Shown here: piece after piece, positions 19,502 through 30,583 of the stretch | Numbering within the stretch: the stretch's first letter is position 1 | How the letters are laid out: every line of letters begins with the position of its first letter | Source: an uncultured Thermoproteaceae archaeon | GTDB lineage: Archaea > Thermoproteota > Thermoprotei > Thermoproteales > Thermocladiaceae | Direction of reading: 5' to 3' | Assembly: GCA_964575955.1 (NCBI GenBank) | Contig: CAZNTG010000015.1 | Coordinates: 19,943-83,942 of the forward strand | Length of the DNA stretch: 64,000 nucleotides | Notes under the pieces: model-generated | Told to the model about the DNA's origin: nothing | Database searches by the model: none | The model's input: only the letters and a program-made list of their open reading frames with translations | Translations under genes and position numbers: made by a program

Positions 19502-20270
19502 AGTCTAGTATTGATTTCTTATCTTCAAATCTTAGATCTCTAATACCTTCTATAGATAATTCATATATCTTCCAACTATCATTACAACTTTCTAACACAT
19601 ATATGCAATATTTTTCAGGAAATGATGAATTTAACACTATAGATTTACCAATTTTTACAAGTCTAGTATTAGATTTATGTGCATGACCATGAATTATGAA
19701 CATTTTTCTATTTGCAATATATTTCTCAAGTTTGTCTGTTCCAAGCATTTTCCAAATTTTGACATTTTCTCCCTGTAGTGTTCTGTATGTTGGTGCGTAG
19801 TGTATTAGTAGTATGTTTATACTATTATCATCAAGTTTTTCAATTGTACTTATTAGGTATTCTAATCTTCTTCTATATATTTCATATATATTTTTTATAT
19901 TTTTTAATTGCCAAATTGTTGGTTTATCAAGTACACCTCTACTACCAATAATTTTAACATTCTTACTATCTATCTCAATCTCTTTTTCAGAATCTTCTAA
20001 CCACTCTACTTCAGGTATAGTTTTTCTAGCTTGTGCTATTACTTCTTCATAATCTTCATTACCTGGACATGCTATTATGGGTGCACTTGTTATTGATCTT
20101 ATAGTGAGTACTAGATTTTTGAGACCTTGAATATTTCCTCTCTCCATTAGATCTCCAGCAATTAGTACTAGATTGATATTTTTTAGAAAATCTCTATACT
20201 TGTTCAATAGTGTTGAAAATCGATTAAGATACTTTGGAGAATGTATATCTGCTGTAGCTAGTATTCTCAT
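19494..20270 (-). CDS. calcineurin-like metallophosphoesterase
   Basis: ADIH, AGDL, PGNED and HGHAH motifs. Confidence 0.92.
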   Translation of the reverse strand: MRILATADIHSPKYLNRFSTLLNKYRDFLKNINLVLIAGDLMERGNIQGLKNLVLTIRSITSAPIIACPGNEDYEEVIAQARKTIPEVEWLEDSEKEIEIDSKNVKIIGSRGVLDKPTIWQLKNIKNIYEIYRRRLEYLISTIEKLDDNSINILLIHYAPTYRTLQGENVKIWKMLGTDKLEKYIANRKMFIIHGHAHKSNTRLVKIGKSIVLNSSFPEKYCIYVLESCNDSWKIYELSIEGIRDLRFEDKKSILDYV

Positions 20271-20333
20271 ACTGTAACATATCTATCATCAATTAAAACA
20301 TTTTAGACACTATCACACTCTCAGTGTCAGAGT

Positions 20334-21008
20334 ATGCATAGACTAAACGTGACTATAGAGTTTAAGAATGGTAATGAGAGAGATATTGAGATAGCTGTAA
20401 ATGAACTAATAGTCTTCTCATGGACAGGTAGGAATATAGATATTGTTAAGAAGCTTGTTGAAGAAAGAGAGAAGTTTGGTATAAAACCAAAAACAATACC
20501 AGAATACTACAGACTACAGCCATACCTGATAACTACAAGTAACTATATACGTAAGATATCTGAAACACATGCAGGAGAGGTTGAGTATGTACTATTGATA
20601 CGTAATGAAGATGAGATATTTATCACAGTTGGAAGCGATCACACAGATCTAGATGCAGAGAGATGTAGCATCTTAGCAGGTAAGCATATGTATCCTAAGG
20701 TAGTTGCTAGAAGAGCATGGCCATTAGAGGAAGTTGAAGATCATATAGATAAGATAATATTGAGAAGTTGGATACTTGAAGATAGTAGAAAGGTAATATA
20801 TCAAGAAGGTTCATTAAGCCTATTAGTAAGACCAGACAAATTGATAGAGCAGGTTAAGGAGATTGTTGGAGATTTAAGAAATGTTGTAGTATTCTCAGGA
20901 ACAATACCAACAAATACAGGACAGTTAAAAGTTAGTGAATACTTTGAAATTAAAATGATAGATCCTGTACTTAATAGAGAGATATCACACTACTATTGGA
21001 TTGATTAA
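20334..21008 (+). CDS. DUF2848-family (FAH-fold) protein
   Basis: WTGRN, GEVE, VGSDHTD, VFSGT and DPVLNREI.H.Y motifs. Confidence 0.8.
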   Translation: MHRLNVTIEFKNGNERDIEIAVNELIVFSWTGRNIDIVKKLVEEREKFGIKPKTIPEYYRLQPYLITTSNYIRKISETHAGEVEYVLLIRNEDEIFITVGSDHTDLDAERCSILAGKHMYPKVVARRAWPLEEVEDHIDKIILRSWILEDSRKVIYQEGSLSLLVRPDKLIEQVKEIVGDLRNVVVFSGTIPTNTGQLKVSEYFEIKMIDPVLNREISHYYWID

Positions 21009-22276
21009 AAAACTATATTAACAATTTTAATACATTCTCTCAACATTTCTACAGGATAGAAAATACCTATAATAATGACTAAAGCTGTAAGTATTACTAA
21101 CGGTATTATCAATCTTCTACTAACATTACTAGATCTATAATTTCTATATAGCTTAATGTAGTATGGCACTGATAGTACACTATTAGCTATGACTAATATT
21201 GCAAGCCATACTTGACCACAACTCAATATGTATAGTATTATGAAGAGTTTTGGCCAAAAACCTATGAGTGGCGGTATTCCTATTAAGGATAGTGCATGTA
21301 TTAGAGATATACCTCTAACATTTCTATAATCAGTATCTAAACCTATAAATAGGGCACATTTAGAAATTGCAACAGAGATTATATGAAATATAAACACTCC
21401 AAGACATGGTAGTAGAAGTTTTTCATTTAAAAATCCTACAGATAAGACAGCAATACCATATCCTGTCTGTGCAATAGTTGAAAATGCTAATATATGTTCA
21501 ATATCTTTTGAAAATAGTGCACCGAGATTTCCAATAAACATTGTAATTATAGAGATTGTAGATAATGTTAAGAATAGTGTGTAGTTCATACTAACATCAA
21601 TACTATAAAATACTCTACATAATGCCAATATTGCAACAATCTTCATAAACGATGCAAGCATAGCTACAGACTCTCTATCACTACCCTTATATACGTCAGG
21701 TATCCACACATGTAGAGGAACAATACCAAGTTCATACGCTATTCCAAAAAGTATTAATAGTATTGGAATGATAATCACGTTACGTAAAACCTCTAGGTAA
21801 GATATTCCAAATATGAGAAGTGTTGCACCAATAGCTGAGAATACTAGATATTTAATACAGGAAATTATAGAACTTCTACTTCTAGCTCTAGCAAGTAATG
21901 GTGCAAATATTGCAGAAGTTACTAACCATATACATGCTACAGTTATGAAGTTTTTAAACAATATTAAAAATATTGATAGATAACTAATTATTAGATATAT
22001 TAGAGATTGTGCAGGTGTAAATTTATAATCAACAATCTCTAAACAGGAAGAGGAACATAGTAATACTATCAATATGACTAGTATAGGTATAGCACTACAA
22101 GATAGTTCATGATTAAGATTAGCTACATATAGTAGATATATGTATGGTATTGATGTTAAAATTATGCTTAAATATTTAGAAATTTTATACAATCTAAAAA
22201 TCCATAACAGTAAAATTATGACTATTGATACTGTTAGTAGTAATGTTAATTGTGATAATATAACTTCCATAGACAT
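21005..22276 (-). CDS. nuoN: complex I-like antiporter subunit N
   Basis: IKYLVFSAI, PLHVWIPDVY, ILAFSTIAQTGY and GIPPLIGFWPK motifs. Confidence 0.88.
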   Translation of the reverse strand: MSMEVILSQLTLLLTVSIVIILLLWIFRLYKISKYLSIILTSIPYIYLLYVANLNHELSCSAIPILVILIVLLCSSSCLEIVDYKFTPAQSLIYLIISYLSIFLILFKNFITVACIWLVTSAIFAPLLARARSRSSIISCIKYLVFSAIGATLLIFGISYLEVLRNVIIIPILLILFGIAYELGIVPLHVWIPDVYKGSDRESVAMLASFMKIVAILALCRVFYSIDVSMNYTLFLTLSTISIITMFIGNLGALFSKDIEHILAFSTIAQTGYGIAVLSVGFLNEKLLLPCLGVFIFHIISVAISKCALFIGLDTDYRNVRGISLIHALSLIGIPPLIGFWPKLFIILYILSCGQVWLAILVIANSVLSVPYYIKLYRNYRSSNVSRRLIIPLVILTALVIIIGIFYPVEMLRECIKIVNIVF

Positions 22277-22279
22277 AGT

Positions 22280-24145
22280 CTAAATAACGTGTAGAATTAT
22301 AACAAGTACTAGTAGTGTCATTACTGCTAAAATACTTGCATATGCTAAATCTCTAATAAACTTCTCAACATGTATCTTACTCACTAATCTACATACTCTA
22401 TCTACAAAACTTCTAGGAAATTTAAAGTGAATAATATTATCTATAATCTTATCAATACTATACATACTACGCATAATTTTTATAATATTAGAACTATGTA
22501 TTATAGAGTCTATAAGTGTTGAAATTTTATAAATTTCCTTAAACATTTTCATAAATATTTTAGGTATTAACATGTCTATCATGTATGGAAGTCCAAGTCT
22601 TAACTTTAAGATTTTGATAATATTTCTAAATCTAATTTTTGAGAAATATCTTATTGCTAGTAGTATACATAGTATAGATATTGTCTGAGATATTATTGTC
22701 ATTATTGTTATTTCTATACTAATCCTAAAGAAGTAGTACAGTATGTATGGCATGGTCATTATTATTAGAGTTGAATATTCCATAAATCTATCTTTAATAT
22801 CAACTTCCTCAATACTTTCAATACCTTCTTTCTTAAGTTTCCAAAATGTTAAGATTATCTTCATTAGTAGTAATATTGAGATTATGTGTGTTGTTAATAG
22901 TAGTGGTATTGTATATTGTGGTGATAATTCTATAGATTTTTCAGTCATTATAAATCCAAGACTTGGAAAGATGACACCGAACAAGTTTGCTGATGATAGT
23001 ATTAGTGCAGTATATGCTTGTCTAAATCTTAGAAATACCTTAATATCATCTATAAATCTTGTCTTAGCTACATGCATTGTGTATCCACATGTCATGAATA
23101 GACACGCTTTACTTAGACCATGTGCAAGTAGTATTACTAGTCCTAGTATTAGGTAGTCTATGTTTAGAGTATACCAGTATAGTATTGATGTGTATAGTAG
23201 TAATCCTACATATATTGTTGTTGATGCTGCTAAGATAACTTTAACTTCTCTAGATGCAAGACCTAGAATACCTGAAACTACAGTTGAGGATAGTGTATAG
23301 ATTAGTAATGGCTGTACTACACTACTTGGAATGTGTAAATATGGAGCGATTTTAAATATTGTAAATGCACCAGCATTAACAAGTGTTGTAGAGTGTATCA
23401 TGGCTGATGCAGGTGTTGGACCTGCCATAGCTGTGAATAGCCATTCTGTGAATGGTATCTGTGCTGATGGTACTAATGTTGCAAATATGATTAAGAATTG
23501 TACAAGCGTATTACTAATCTTCAACAATGATGGTAGTAGGACAGATTTAGCATATGTAAATGCTAGACAGGAAGCAATCAACATACTACACGTACCAACA
23601 CTAGTAATCATTATAGCTCTAAATGCTGCCTGTGATGGAGACCATAGTAATGACATTCCTCTACATGTATATCCTTCACCAACATATCTCTCAGGTTCAT
23701 CTCTATACCAATGACCTATGAGAGAGTAGCTACATAACTCTAAAATATTCCAAGATATTGTAATAGTTATTAAATCGTATGAAAAGAATAGTAATAATGT
23801 TCCAAAATACATAAGTGAACTAAACATGAAAAACCATCCTCTTCTATAGTCATCCCATAGATAACCTATAGAGTATAGCTCTACAAGTAGTATTATCAAT
23901 GTTGCAGATATTGCATACAATATCCATATCTTATCAATACATAATGCAAGTGTCAAGTTTCCAATATCAAAATATTTTAATACTAACCTATGCTTAGTGT
24001 AGAAGTATAGATATATTAAAAGTATGAGATCTACAAATGATGCAATACATGTAGCATAGCCTCTTCTAAGTAATAATTCTAAAATTCCTGCAAATATTGG
24101 TAATAGTAGTATTGTTAAAACTATGAATATAACCATACTACACAC
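22280..24145 (-). CDS. nuoL: complex I-like antiporter subunit L
   Basis: SYSLIGHWY, SAQIPFTEWL.TAMAGPTPASAMIHS and HGLSKA motifs. Confidence 0.9.
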   Translation of the reverse strand: MCSMVIFIVLTILLLPIFAGILELLLRRGYATCIASFVDLILLIYLYFYTKHRLVLKYFDIGNLTLALCIDKIWILYAISATLIILLVELYSIGYLWDDYRRGWFFMFSSLMYFGTLLLFFSYDLITITISWNILELCSYSLIGHWYRDEPERYVGEGYTCRGMSLLWSPSQAAFRAIMITSVGTCSMLIASCLAFTYAKSVLLPSLLKISNTLVQFLIIFATLVPSAQIPFTEWLFTAMAGPTPASAMIHSTTLVNAGAFTIFKIAPYLHIPSSVVQPLLIYTLSSTVVSGILGLASREVKVILAASTTIYVGLLLYTSILYWYTLNIDYLILGLVILLAHGLSKACLFMTCGYTMHVAKTRFIDDIKVFLRFRQAYTALILSSANLFGVIFPSLGFIMTEKSIELSPQYTIPLLLTTHIISILLLMKIILTFWKLKKEGIESIEEVDIKDRFMEYSTLIIMTMPYILYYFFRISIEITIMTIISQTISILCILLAIRYFSKIRFRNIIKILKLRLGLPYMIDMLIPKIFMKMFKEIYKISTLIDSIIHSSNIIKIMRSMYSIDKIIDNIIHFKFPRSFVDRVCRLVSKIHVEKFIRDLAYASILAVMTLLVLVIILHVI

Positions 24146-25616
24146 CTCTAGAGAGTATTATATAGTTAAATTTTGATACACCGAATAGTAACATATTCAA
24201 TACTTGAGGTATCATTAATACTATAGTCAATATTGATAATAATATTATTGGTATATCCATTGAGTAGAGTGGTCTAACTCTTCTAAGATGTTGAGCTGTT
24301 CCAAAGTATAGTCTTCTCATTGCATAGAAGCAGTATGCTATTGTTACTAGTAGTGCTATTATGTACATAATTATCATGAATATCTTAAGATTTAGAGAAA
24401 GTGCAGCAACAGTATTCAACATTGTCAATGTTAAATATATTTTTGAGAAAAGTCCAATATTAAATATTCCTGATAGACTTATAAATCCTATAATACCAGC
24501 AACAGCTACAGGTCTATAGACGTCGTAGAGTCCAAATAGATCTGTGAAAGATCTATATCCAAGCCTTGTTATACAAAATCCACCGAACATGAATAGTAGT
24601 GATTTTGCAAGTGCATGTGCTATAAATACTAGAATTAGTGCAACTTCACCAATGTAGTTACACAATGCTATACAAATAACCATGGATCCCATGTGTGAAA
24701 TTGATGAATATGCTAGAAATCTCTTAATATCATTCTCACTAAGTGCCATAGCTCCTCCATATATCATAGTTATAATACCATAGGCTGTTAATGGTATTGA
24801 TATTGATTTTAGAAGAGTGCTGTAAAATGTGTGTAATATCTCCATCAATACAAATCCTGCAATACCAATATGGACAGGACTGAGTATAGCACTGACAGGT
24901 GAGGGAGCTTCTGCATGTGCCCATGGAAGCCAGAAATGTACCATAAATGTGCCCATCTTTATTAAAAATCCTACTAAGATTAGGAAGAATGCAACATATA
25001 CATAACCTGCATATTGTATATGTATGCTAGTTATCATAAACGTACCATATTGAACATACATCAATATTATTCCACATAGTACTAACAGTGATGCAACTTG
25101 ACTCCACACTAAGTACAATAGTGCAACTCTATATCTATCTCCATAACCATACATTAAGATTAGTAGAAAACTTGTAATAGCTGCAAGTTCTAAAAATATG
25201 AACATTATAATTAAATTCCTACTATACACCATCCCCATTAGTCCAAGTATGTATAAGATGTATAGTATGTAATATCTTGAAAGATCTAGACCAATCTTCA
25301 ATTCTTCACATCTATGTTCCATATAGCTTAATGAGTATATTGATACGCATGTTGCTACAATTCCTGTTGTTAATATTATTGGTGCTGATATTGGATTAAT
25401 CCAGAAAACTACATTTCCAATATATGGTATTTGAATATACTTCTCAACTATGAGTATCGTATGCTTATAGTAGTATATTAGTGATGGTATTAGCATAGAT
25501 ATGCAGGATATTGTAGACATTATGCATCTAGCAATGTTTGATATAGTTCTAAATCTGAGTAGTCCTATCAGGATTGTTATAGCTATTGGTATGTATAGTA
25601 GAAATATTTCAATCAT
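24138..25616 (-). CDS. nuoM: complex I-like antiporter subunit M
   Basis: HFWLPWAHAEAPSPVSA, DIKRFLAYSSISHMG and HALAKS; start placed at MIEIF. Confidence 0.9.
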   Translation of the reverse strand: MIEIFLLYIPIAITILIGLLRFRTISNIARCIMSTISCISMLIPSLIYYYKHTILIVEKYIQIPYIGNVVFWINPISAPIILTTGIVATCVSIYSLSYMEHRCEELKIGLDLSRYYILYILYILGLMGMVYSRNLIIMFIFLELAAITSFLLILMYGYGDRYRVALLYLVWSQVASLLVLCGIILMYVQYGTFMITSIHIQYAGYVYVAFFLILVGFLIKMGTFMVHFWLPWAHAEAPSPVSAILSPVHIGIAGFVLMEILHTFYSTLLKSISIPLTAYGIITMIYGGAMALSENDIKRFLAYSSISHMGSMVICIALCNYIGEVALILVFIAHALAKSLLFMFGGFCITRLGYRSFTDLFGLYDVYRPVAVAGIIGFISLSGIFNIGLFSKIYLTLTMLNTVAALSLNLKIFMIIMYIIALLVTIAYCFYAMRRLYFGTAQHLRRVRPLYSMDIPIILLSILTIVLMIPQVLNMLLFGVSKFNYIILSRGV

Positions 25617-25623
25617 ACCTACA

Positions 25624-25926
25624 CTAGCTAACCTCTTCTTCAATTTCTTTTTCCTCAATAACTCTATAACCTGATCTAGCAAGATAGTACAGTAATCCTA
25701 TCATTAATGTTGTCTCCATTATTGATGATGCTATATATGTGAATGTCAGTATTGAAGATCTTATTGGACTTGTCAGATATAGTATTACTAATGCTGTAAG
25801 TCCTGATAGAAATAGCACTTCTAGACCAATTAGAAGTCTTACAAGATCTCTACTAACACTTACAACTCCTACACCTATTGATAGTACTATGAATGATAAT
25901 GCTATTAGAATATTAATAATGTTCAC
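25624..25926 (-). CDS. nuoK: complex I-like subunit K
   Basis: Three TM helices, RDLVRLLIGLE motif. Confidence 0.85.
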   Translation of the reverse strand: MNIINILIALSFIVLSIGVGVVSVSRDLVRLLIGLEVLFLSGLTALVILYLTSPIRSSILTFTYIASSIMETTLMIGLLYYLARSGYRVIEEKEIEEEVS

Positions 25927-26408
25927 TGGGTTACCCCTCTTCGGCAGAGTTGTATTACTATTAAAAACATTACTACAGTAAGTACTATTAACAGTATTGT
26001 GATAGTTCCATATTCTGAATTATTTATAAGTGATGATGTTATCACACTAAGTGAATATTTACTTACAGGATACTTAACACATAGATGCTTAATAAACATT
26101 GCTATTGAGATTCCAATAATAGATCCAAGAATGATGATAGGTAAAGCTCTTCTAAAACCTATTACAGGACTCTTCAACTCTATTGCAGATGCTGCAACAA
26201 TTATAAATGTTATAACAACACCAACATACACTATCAATACTAAGATTGTTAGAAAAATATTTGAAAATATGTAAGATATTGTAGCTATAGTAATAGCAGA
26301 TATTAATAATAGTATTGCTGCAACAACATTATCTCTAACTTTTAAAATTCCTAAACATGAGACTACACATATTGTAGATAATGTCAACAATATGACTAGT
26401 ATATCCAT
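25923..26408 (-). CDS. nuoJ: complex I-like subunit J
   Basis: Five TM helices, LIVYVGV motif, operon position. Confidence 0.85.
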   Translation of the reverse strand: MDILVILLTLSTICVVSCLGILKVRDNVVAAILLLISAITIATISYIFSNIFLTILVLIVYVGVVITFIIVAASAIELKSPVIGFRRALPIIILGSIIGISIAMFIKHLCVKYPVSKYSLSVITSSLINNSEYGTITILLIVLTVVMFLIVIQLCRRGVTQ

Positions 26409-26432
26409 ACTCTTTGAAAGATTATTGAAAAT

Positions 26433-28100
26433 TTATCTATCACACTCAGGTGGAAAGTGACCAAAACTTCCATAAATTGCAGGTACATCTGCAAGTCTAT
26501 ACCCAACCATTGCATTCATCATTCCGAGTAGATTGTAGTATGATGGTGTTACAATTCTAAATCTATACAATCTCTCACTATCTTTCTGTGGAAATATTTG
26601 AATATATGTTAAACCTCTACCTGCTTCAACATATGAGTCACATGATCTTTTTGGAAGTATTAATCTACTGAGAAGTTTAATAATATCTCTAGGTTCTCTA
26701 AATTCTATACCAACTTCTCTACATATGTTAATGAGATCTTCAGATACTACACTACCTTTAGGAAGTTTTTTCAAAATTTGTTTAATTATATTAATACTCT
26801 GCTCTATCTCTAAAATTCTTAAAAGCATTCTTGAATATGCATCACCACGATCTAGAACAGGAATTTCAAACTCAACCTCATTATAGTACTCATATTTTAG
26901 TTCTTTTCTAGCATCATAGTATAATCCTGATGCTCTTAAATTTGGTCCTACCAAATTTAGCTTTCTAGCACTATCTCTATCTAAAATACCAACATCTACA
27001 AGTCTTGCCTTTACAGCTGAATTTTCTATAAAGATATTTTTGAAAGATTTTAACCATCTCTCTATTGTGTTTACTGTATTTTCAATAAGTTTAACTATAT
27101 CTTCATTAAAATCATATCTAACACCTCCAGGTATGATACATGTTGGTGCATGTCTAGAACCTGCATATCTTGAAAATATTTCACATATAGTTTCTCTAAG
27201 TTCAAAACACCACATATATCCTGTACTATGTCCAATCATTATTGATAATATTCCAAGATCGTATAGATGTGTACCTATTCTAGAAAGTTCAGCTAATATT
27301 GTTCTAATTGCTCTAGCTCTTTCAGGTACTTTAATTTTCAAAATCTTCTCAATACAGTGTACGTATGGTAGTACTATGTTTATAGGATCTGTAAGTGATA
27401 CTCTCTCAAGTATTGGTATTATTGATATGAAGTGTCTATCTTCAACAATCTTCTCAACTCCCCTATGTACATATCCTGGATCTGGTTCTACATTTTTAAC
27501 AATATCTCCCTCTAAGAATAGTATAAATCTGAAATGTCCACTTCCTGGATGTTGTGGACCTACGACTAGACTAATCAATCTTTCATTTTTTGATAATTCT
27601 TCAACTCTCTCAATAATGAATAGGTTCCATCTAAGCCATGTTTCTCTCCTCTCTTCTCTATCAATTTTATAAGCCTTCTCAATATTCTTCTCCTGTAATA
27701 TCTTTATAGCTTTTAAAACAGCTTCAGGTAGTGGTGGACATCCAGGAACATACACATCTACAGGAACTACATCTTCAGCCTTAACAACATGATAACTTCC
27801 TGAAAATATTCCATAATTAGCTGAGCAGGAACCCATAGCTATGACATATTTAGGCTCTGGCATCTGGTCATATATAAGTCTTATATGTTTAGCCATTTTT
27901 CTCGTAATTGTTCCTTCAATGATTAGAAGATTGCATTGTCTAAGTGCTGGCATTGGTAGTACACCATGTCTCTCAGCATCGAATCCAGGTGCGAATACAT
28001 GTGCAAATTCTACACCACAACATGCAGTTACTAGATGTACTGGCCATAGTGAGTATCCTATAGCCCATCTAAGTACTCTATCTATCATATTTATACCCAT
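26433..28100 (-). CDS. nuoBD: fused complex I-like subunits B and D (no NuoC segment)
   Basis: N-terminal TACCGVE, AMGSC and VPGCPP (NuoB); then GPQHPGSGH, GYVHRGVEK, AELSRI and RGDAYSR (NuoD); no hydrogenase Ni-binding CxxC pairs. Confidence 0.88.
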   Translation of the reverse strand: MGINMIDRVLRWAIGYSLWPVHLVTACCGVEFAHVFAPGFDAERHGVLPMPALRQCNLLIIEGTITRKMAKHIRLIYDQMPEPKYVIAMGSCSANYGIFSGSYHVVKAEDVVPVDVYVPGCPPLPEAVLKAIKILQEKNIEKAYKIDREERRETWLRWNLFIIERVEELSKNERLISLVVGPQHPGSGHFRFILFLEGDIVKNVEPDPGYVHRGVEKIVEDRHFISIIPILERVSLTDPINIVLPYVHCIEKILKIKVPERARAIRTILAELSRIGTHLYDLGILSIMIGHSTGYMWCFELRETICEIFSRYAGSRHAPTCIIPGGVRYDFNEDIVKLIENTVNTIERWLKSFKNIFIENSAVKARLVDVGILDRDSARKLNLVGPNLRASGLYYDARKELKYEYYNEVEFEIPVLDRGDAYSRMLLRILEIEQSINIIKQILKKLPKGSVVSEDLINICREVGIEFREPRDIIKLLSRLILPKRSCDSYVEAGRGLTYIQIFPQKDSERLYRFRIVTPSYYNLLGMMNAMVGYRLADVPAIYGSFGHFPPECDR

Positions 28101-28441
28101 TCTTCAAGTCTTGAAGAATATCTTAAACCAATTATTAATGATAACACTATGACAATAACACACATAGCTACTAGATATGCAAATTTCAATACTTGACCAC
28201 ATGTAGATAGTACTAGTATGTACAGTGATGCACATTCAAGACATACTGCCATAAATACAAATCCGAAATATTGCATTATAAGCTTCTTTCTAACTCTATC
28301 TATAGGTGGATTACCAGCTTCAAATCTCAAGACTTTCAACCTCTTCAAACCTCTATATCTTCTAGATATTAAAACGCCTAAGATAACTATACATAGAAGT
28401 ACTAAAATGCAAAATGCGACGTATATAAATACCCAAATCAT
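28091..28441 (-). CDS. nuoA: complex I-like subunit A
   Basis: RFEAGNPP...MQYF motif, three TM helices. Confidence 0.88.
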   Translation of the reverse strand: MIWVFIYVAFCILVLLCIVILGVLISRRYRGLKRLKVLRFEAGNPPIDRVRKKLIMQYFGFVFMAVCLECASLYILVLSTCGQVLKFAYLVAMCVIVIVLSLIIGLRYSSRLEEWV

Positions 28442-28489
28442 TTCAAAATATAGAAGCTAAACGTATTAAATATCTTATCACTATACTAA

Positions 28490-30091
28490 GTGTCTTCAAA
28501 CTCTGTATCTTCACTAGAGATGGCTGTAATAGATAGAAATTGTGAGTATCTTGGAATTCCTAGAAGAATATTGATGGAAAATGCTGGACGTGAAGTTGCT
28601 AAATATATAGTTGAAAATTTTCCAAATATTAGAAAGATAACTGTAGTATCAGGACTTGGAGATAATGGTGGTGATGGTGCTGTAGCTGCTAGATATCTCT
28701 ACGAGTGGGGTAGAGATGTCAAATTTATACTACTTGGAAAAGTATCTGATTCAAAATCTGAAATTGCTAGACAAAATTTTGAAATTAATAAGAGTATTGG
28801 TATAGACTTTATAGAAATTACAAACACATTTGAACTATACGCAAACATGGAATTGATAGTTTCCTGGCCTGAAGTTGTGGTAGATGCAGTGTTAGGAACA
28901 GGAATTAGAGGTGCATTAAGAGAACCACAATACTCAGCTATAAAACTCATAAATATGTCAAAAGCATTGAAAATATCTGTAGATGTTCCAAGTGGTCTAG
29001 ATCCAGATAGTGGAGATGTTAGAGATATAGCAGTTAAAGCTGACGTAACAATAACAATGCATAAACCAAAGAGAGGACTTCTACTAGAAAAAGCTTCTAG
29101 ATATGTTGGTAAACTTGTCACTGTAGATATTGGAATACCAAGAGAAGCAGAACATGTTGTAGGTCCAGGAGATCTACTATACCTAAATTGGAGAAGGAGA
29201 AGAGAAAGTAGGAAAGGTGAGCATGGTAGAGTAGTCATTGTTGGTGGTTCTGATGAATTCGCAGGTGCACCAGCATTAGCAGCATTGTCAGCATTTAGAG
29301 TTGGTGTAGATATTGTAACAGTCATAGCACCAAGATCGGCAGCCCATGATATAAGATCACAAACACCAAATCTGATAGTGATACCTATAGAGGGAAGATA
29401 CTTCACACCACAACATGTAGATCAAGTATATCAATACTGTACAAGAGCTGACATAGTACTTCTAGGTCCTGGAATATCTACAAGAGATGAAACACTTGAA
29501 TTTGCTGCAGAATTATTTAAAAAACTTGTTGAGAGTGGTAAGAAGATTGTTATTGATGCTGACGGTATTAAAGCAATAGCAAAATATGAACTTACAAATT
29601 ACATAAAACCAAATACAATAGTAACACCACATCAGAGAGAGTATAAGATGCTTACTGGTATGGAGATACCAAACATATCAAACCCATGGAAGAGAGCTGA
29701 AGAAATTTCAAAACAGGTTAAAGAAAAGTTTAATGGAGGTATAATAGTTTTGAAAGGAAATATAGACATTGTGACAGATGGATATAGATGGAAGATAAAT
29801 ATGACAGGTAATCCAGCAATGACAGTTGGAGGCACTGGTGATGTACTTTCAGGAACTGTAGCAGCAATGTGCACTAAATGTCAAGATATGTTTGAAGCAG
29901 CATGTATATCAATATTCGTAGTAGGTCTTGCAGGTGATTTAGCAGTGAGAAAATATGGATATCACATACTTCCAACAGACGTAATTGAAAATATTCCAAA
30001 AGTGTTGAAAACTCTTCTAGAAGAGGATAGAGAGATAGATATAGTAATGCATGATCAATCTAGAAGATTGCTAGGTAAGTTTGTAGATTAG
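28490..30091 (+). CDS. nnr: bifunctional NAD(P)H-hydrate epimerase/dehydratase
   Basis: LMENAG, GDNGGDG, DVPSG, GGS..FAGAP, DADG, TPH..E and GGTGDVL motifs. Confidence 0.95.
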   Translation: MSSNSVSSLEMAVIDRNCEYLGIPRRILMENAGREVAKYIVENFPNIRKITVVSGLGDNGGDGAVAARYLYEWGRDVKFILLGKVSDSKSEIARQNFEINKSIGIDFIEITNTFELYANMELIVSWPEVVVDAVLGTGIRGALREPQYSAIKLINMSKALKISVDVPSGLDPDSGDVRDIAVKADVTITMHKPKRGLLLEKASRYVGKLVTVDIGIPREAEHVVGPGDLLYLNWRRRRESRKGEHGRVVIVGGSDEFAGAPALAALSAFRVGVDIVTVIAPRSAAHDIRSQTPNLIVIPIEGRYFTPQHVDQVYQYCTRADIVLLGPGISTRDETLEFAAELFKKLVESGKKIVIDADGIKAIAKYELTNYIKPNTIVTPHQREYKMLTGMEIPNISNPWKRAEEISKQVKEKFNGGIIVLKGNIDIVTDGYRWKINMTGNPAMTVGGTGDVLSGTVAAMCTKCQDMFEAACISIFVVGLAGDLAVRKYGYHILPTDVIENIPKVLKTLLEEDREIDIVMHDQSRRLLGKFVD

Positions 30092-30570
30092 AGTTCTATT
30101 AACTTAAGATTAGCATTTCCAGATTCACACTCTACCGATACTATATCCATTTTCTTCCCTATTTGATGTTCTATTACATATTTAACAAACGACGCTACTG
30201 GGCATGGTCTTTTTCCAAACATCTGCTTATAGACATCCCATCTCATCATTACACATCCACACAATCCTTTGAATGTACAATTCTTAACTTCTATAAACAT
30301 CTCTCTACTTCCCATCTTAAAGTTTATATCATCTACGGCTTTGATCTTACTGCTGGTTAACGCTTTCTTAATACTTCCAAGAAGTTTTTCTAAATCTTTA
30401 ACATCTTCTATTAGTCCAGATTCAACAGCAAATCTTGCAGCAAGATCTATAGCTAGCTCTATTATTGAAATCGTTGTCTCTCCACCCATGGCTATGTGTG
30501 CTGCTACTAGTAGTGTTGTTATTGCTAGATCTTTAATATCTTCGACAGGTAGTTGTAGTTGTGAGGTCAT
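30088..30570 (-). CDS. V4R/MetOD1-like Cys-containing domain protein
   Basis: IEVKNCTF..LC...PCPVASF...VEC pattern typical of V4R-like folds. Confidence 0.55.
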   Translation of the reverse strand: MTSQLQLPVEDIKDLAITTLLVAAHIAMGGETTISIIELAIDLAARFAVESGLIEDVKDLEKLLGSIKKALTSSKIKAVDDINFKMGSREMFIEVKNCTFKGLCGCVMMRWDVYKQMFGKRPCPVASFVKYVIEHQIGKKMDIVSVECESGNANLKLIEL

Positions 30571-30583
30571 TATAACACCTGTA

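Noticed and set aside
26433-28100. Group 4 [NiFe]-hydrogenase large subunit
   Set aside because: Both Ni-binding CxxC motifs are missing and the GPQHP quinone-site loop is present
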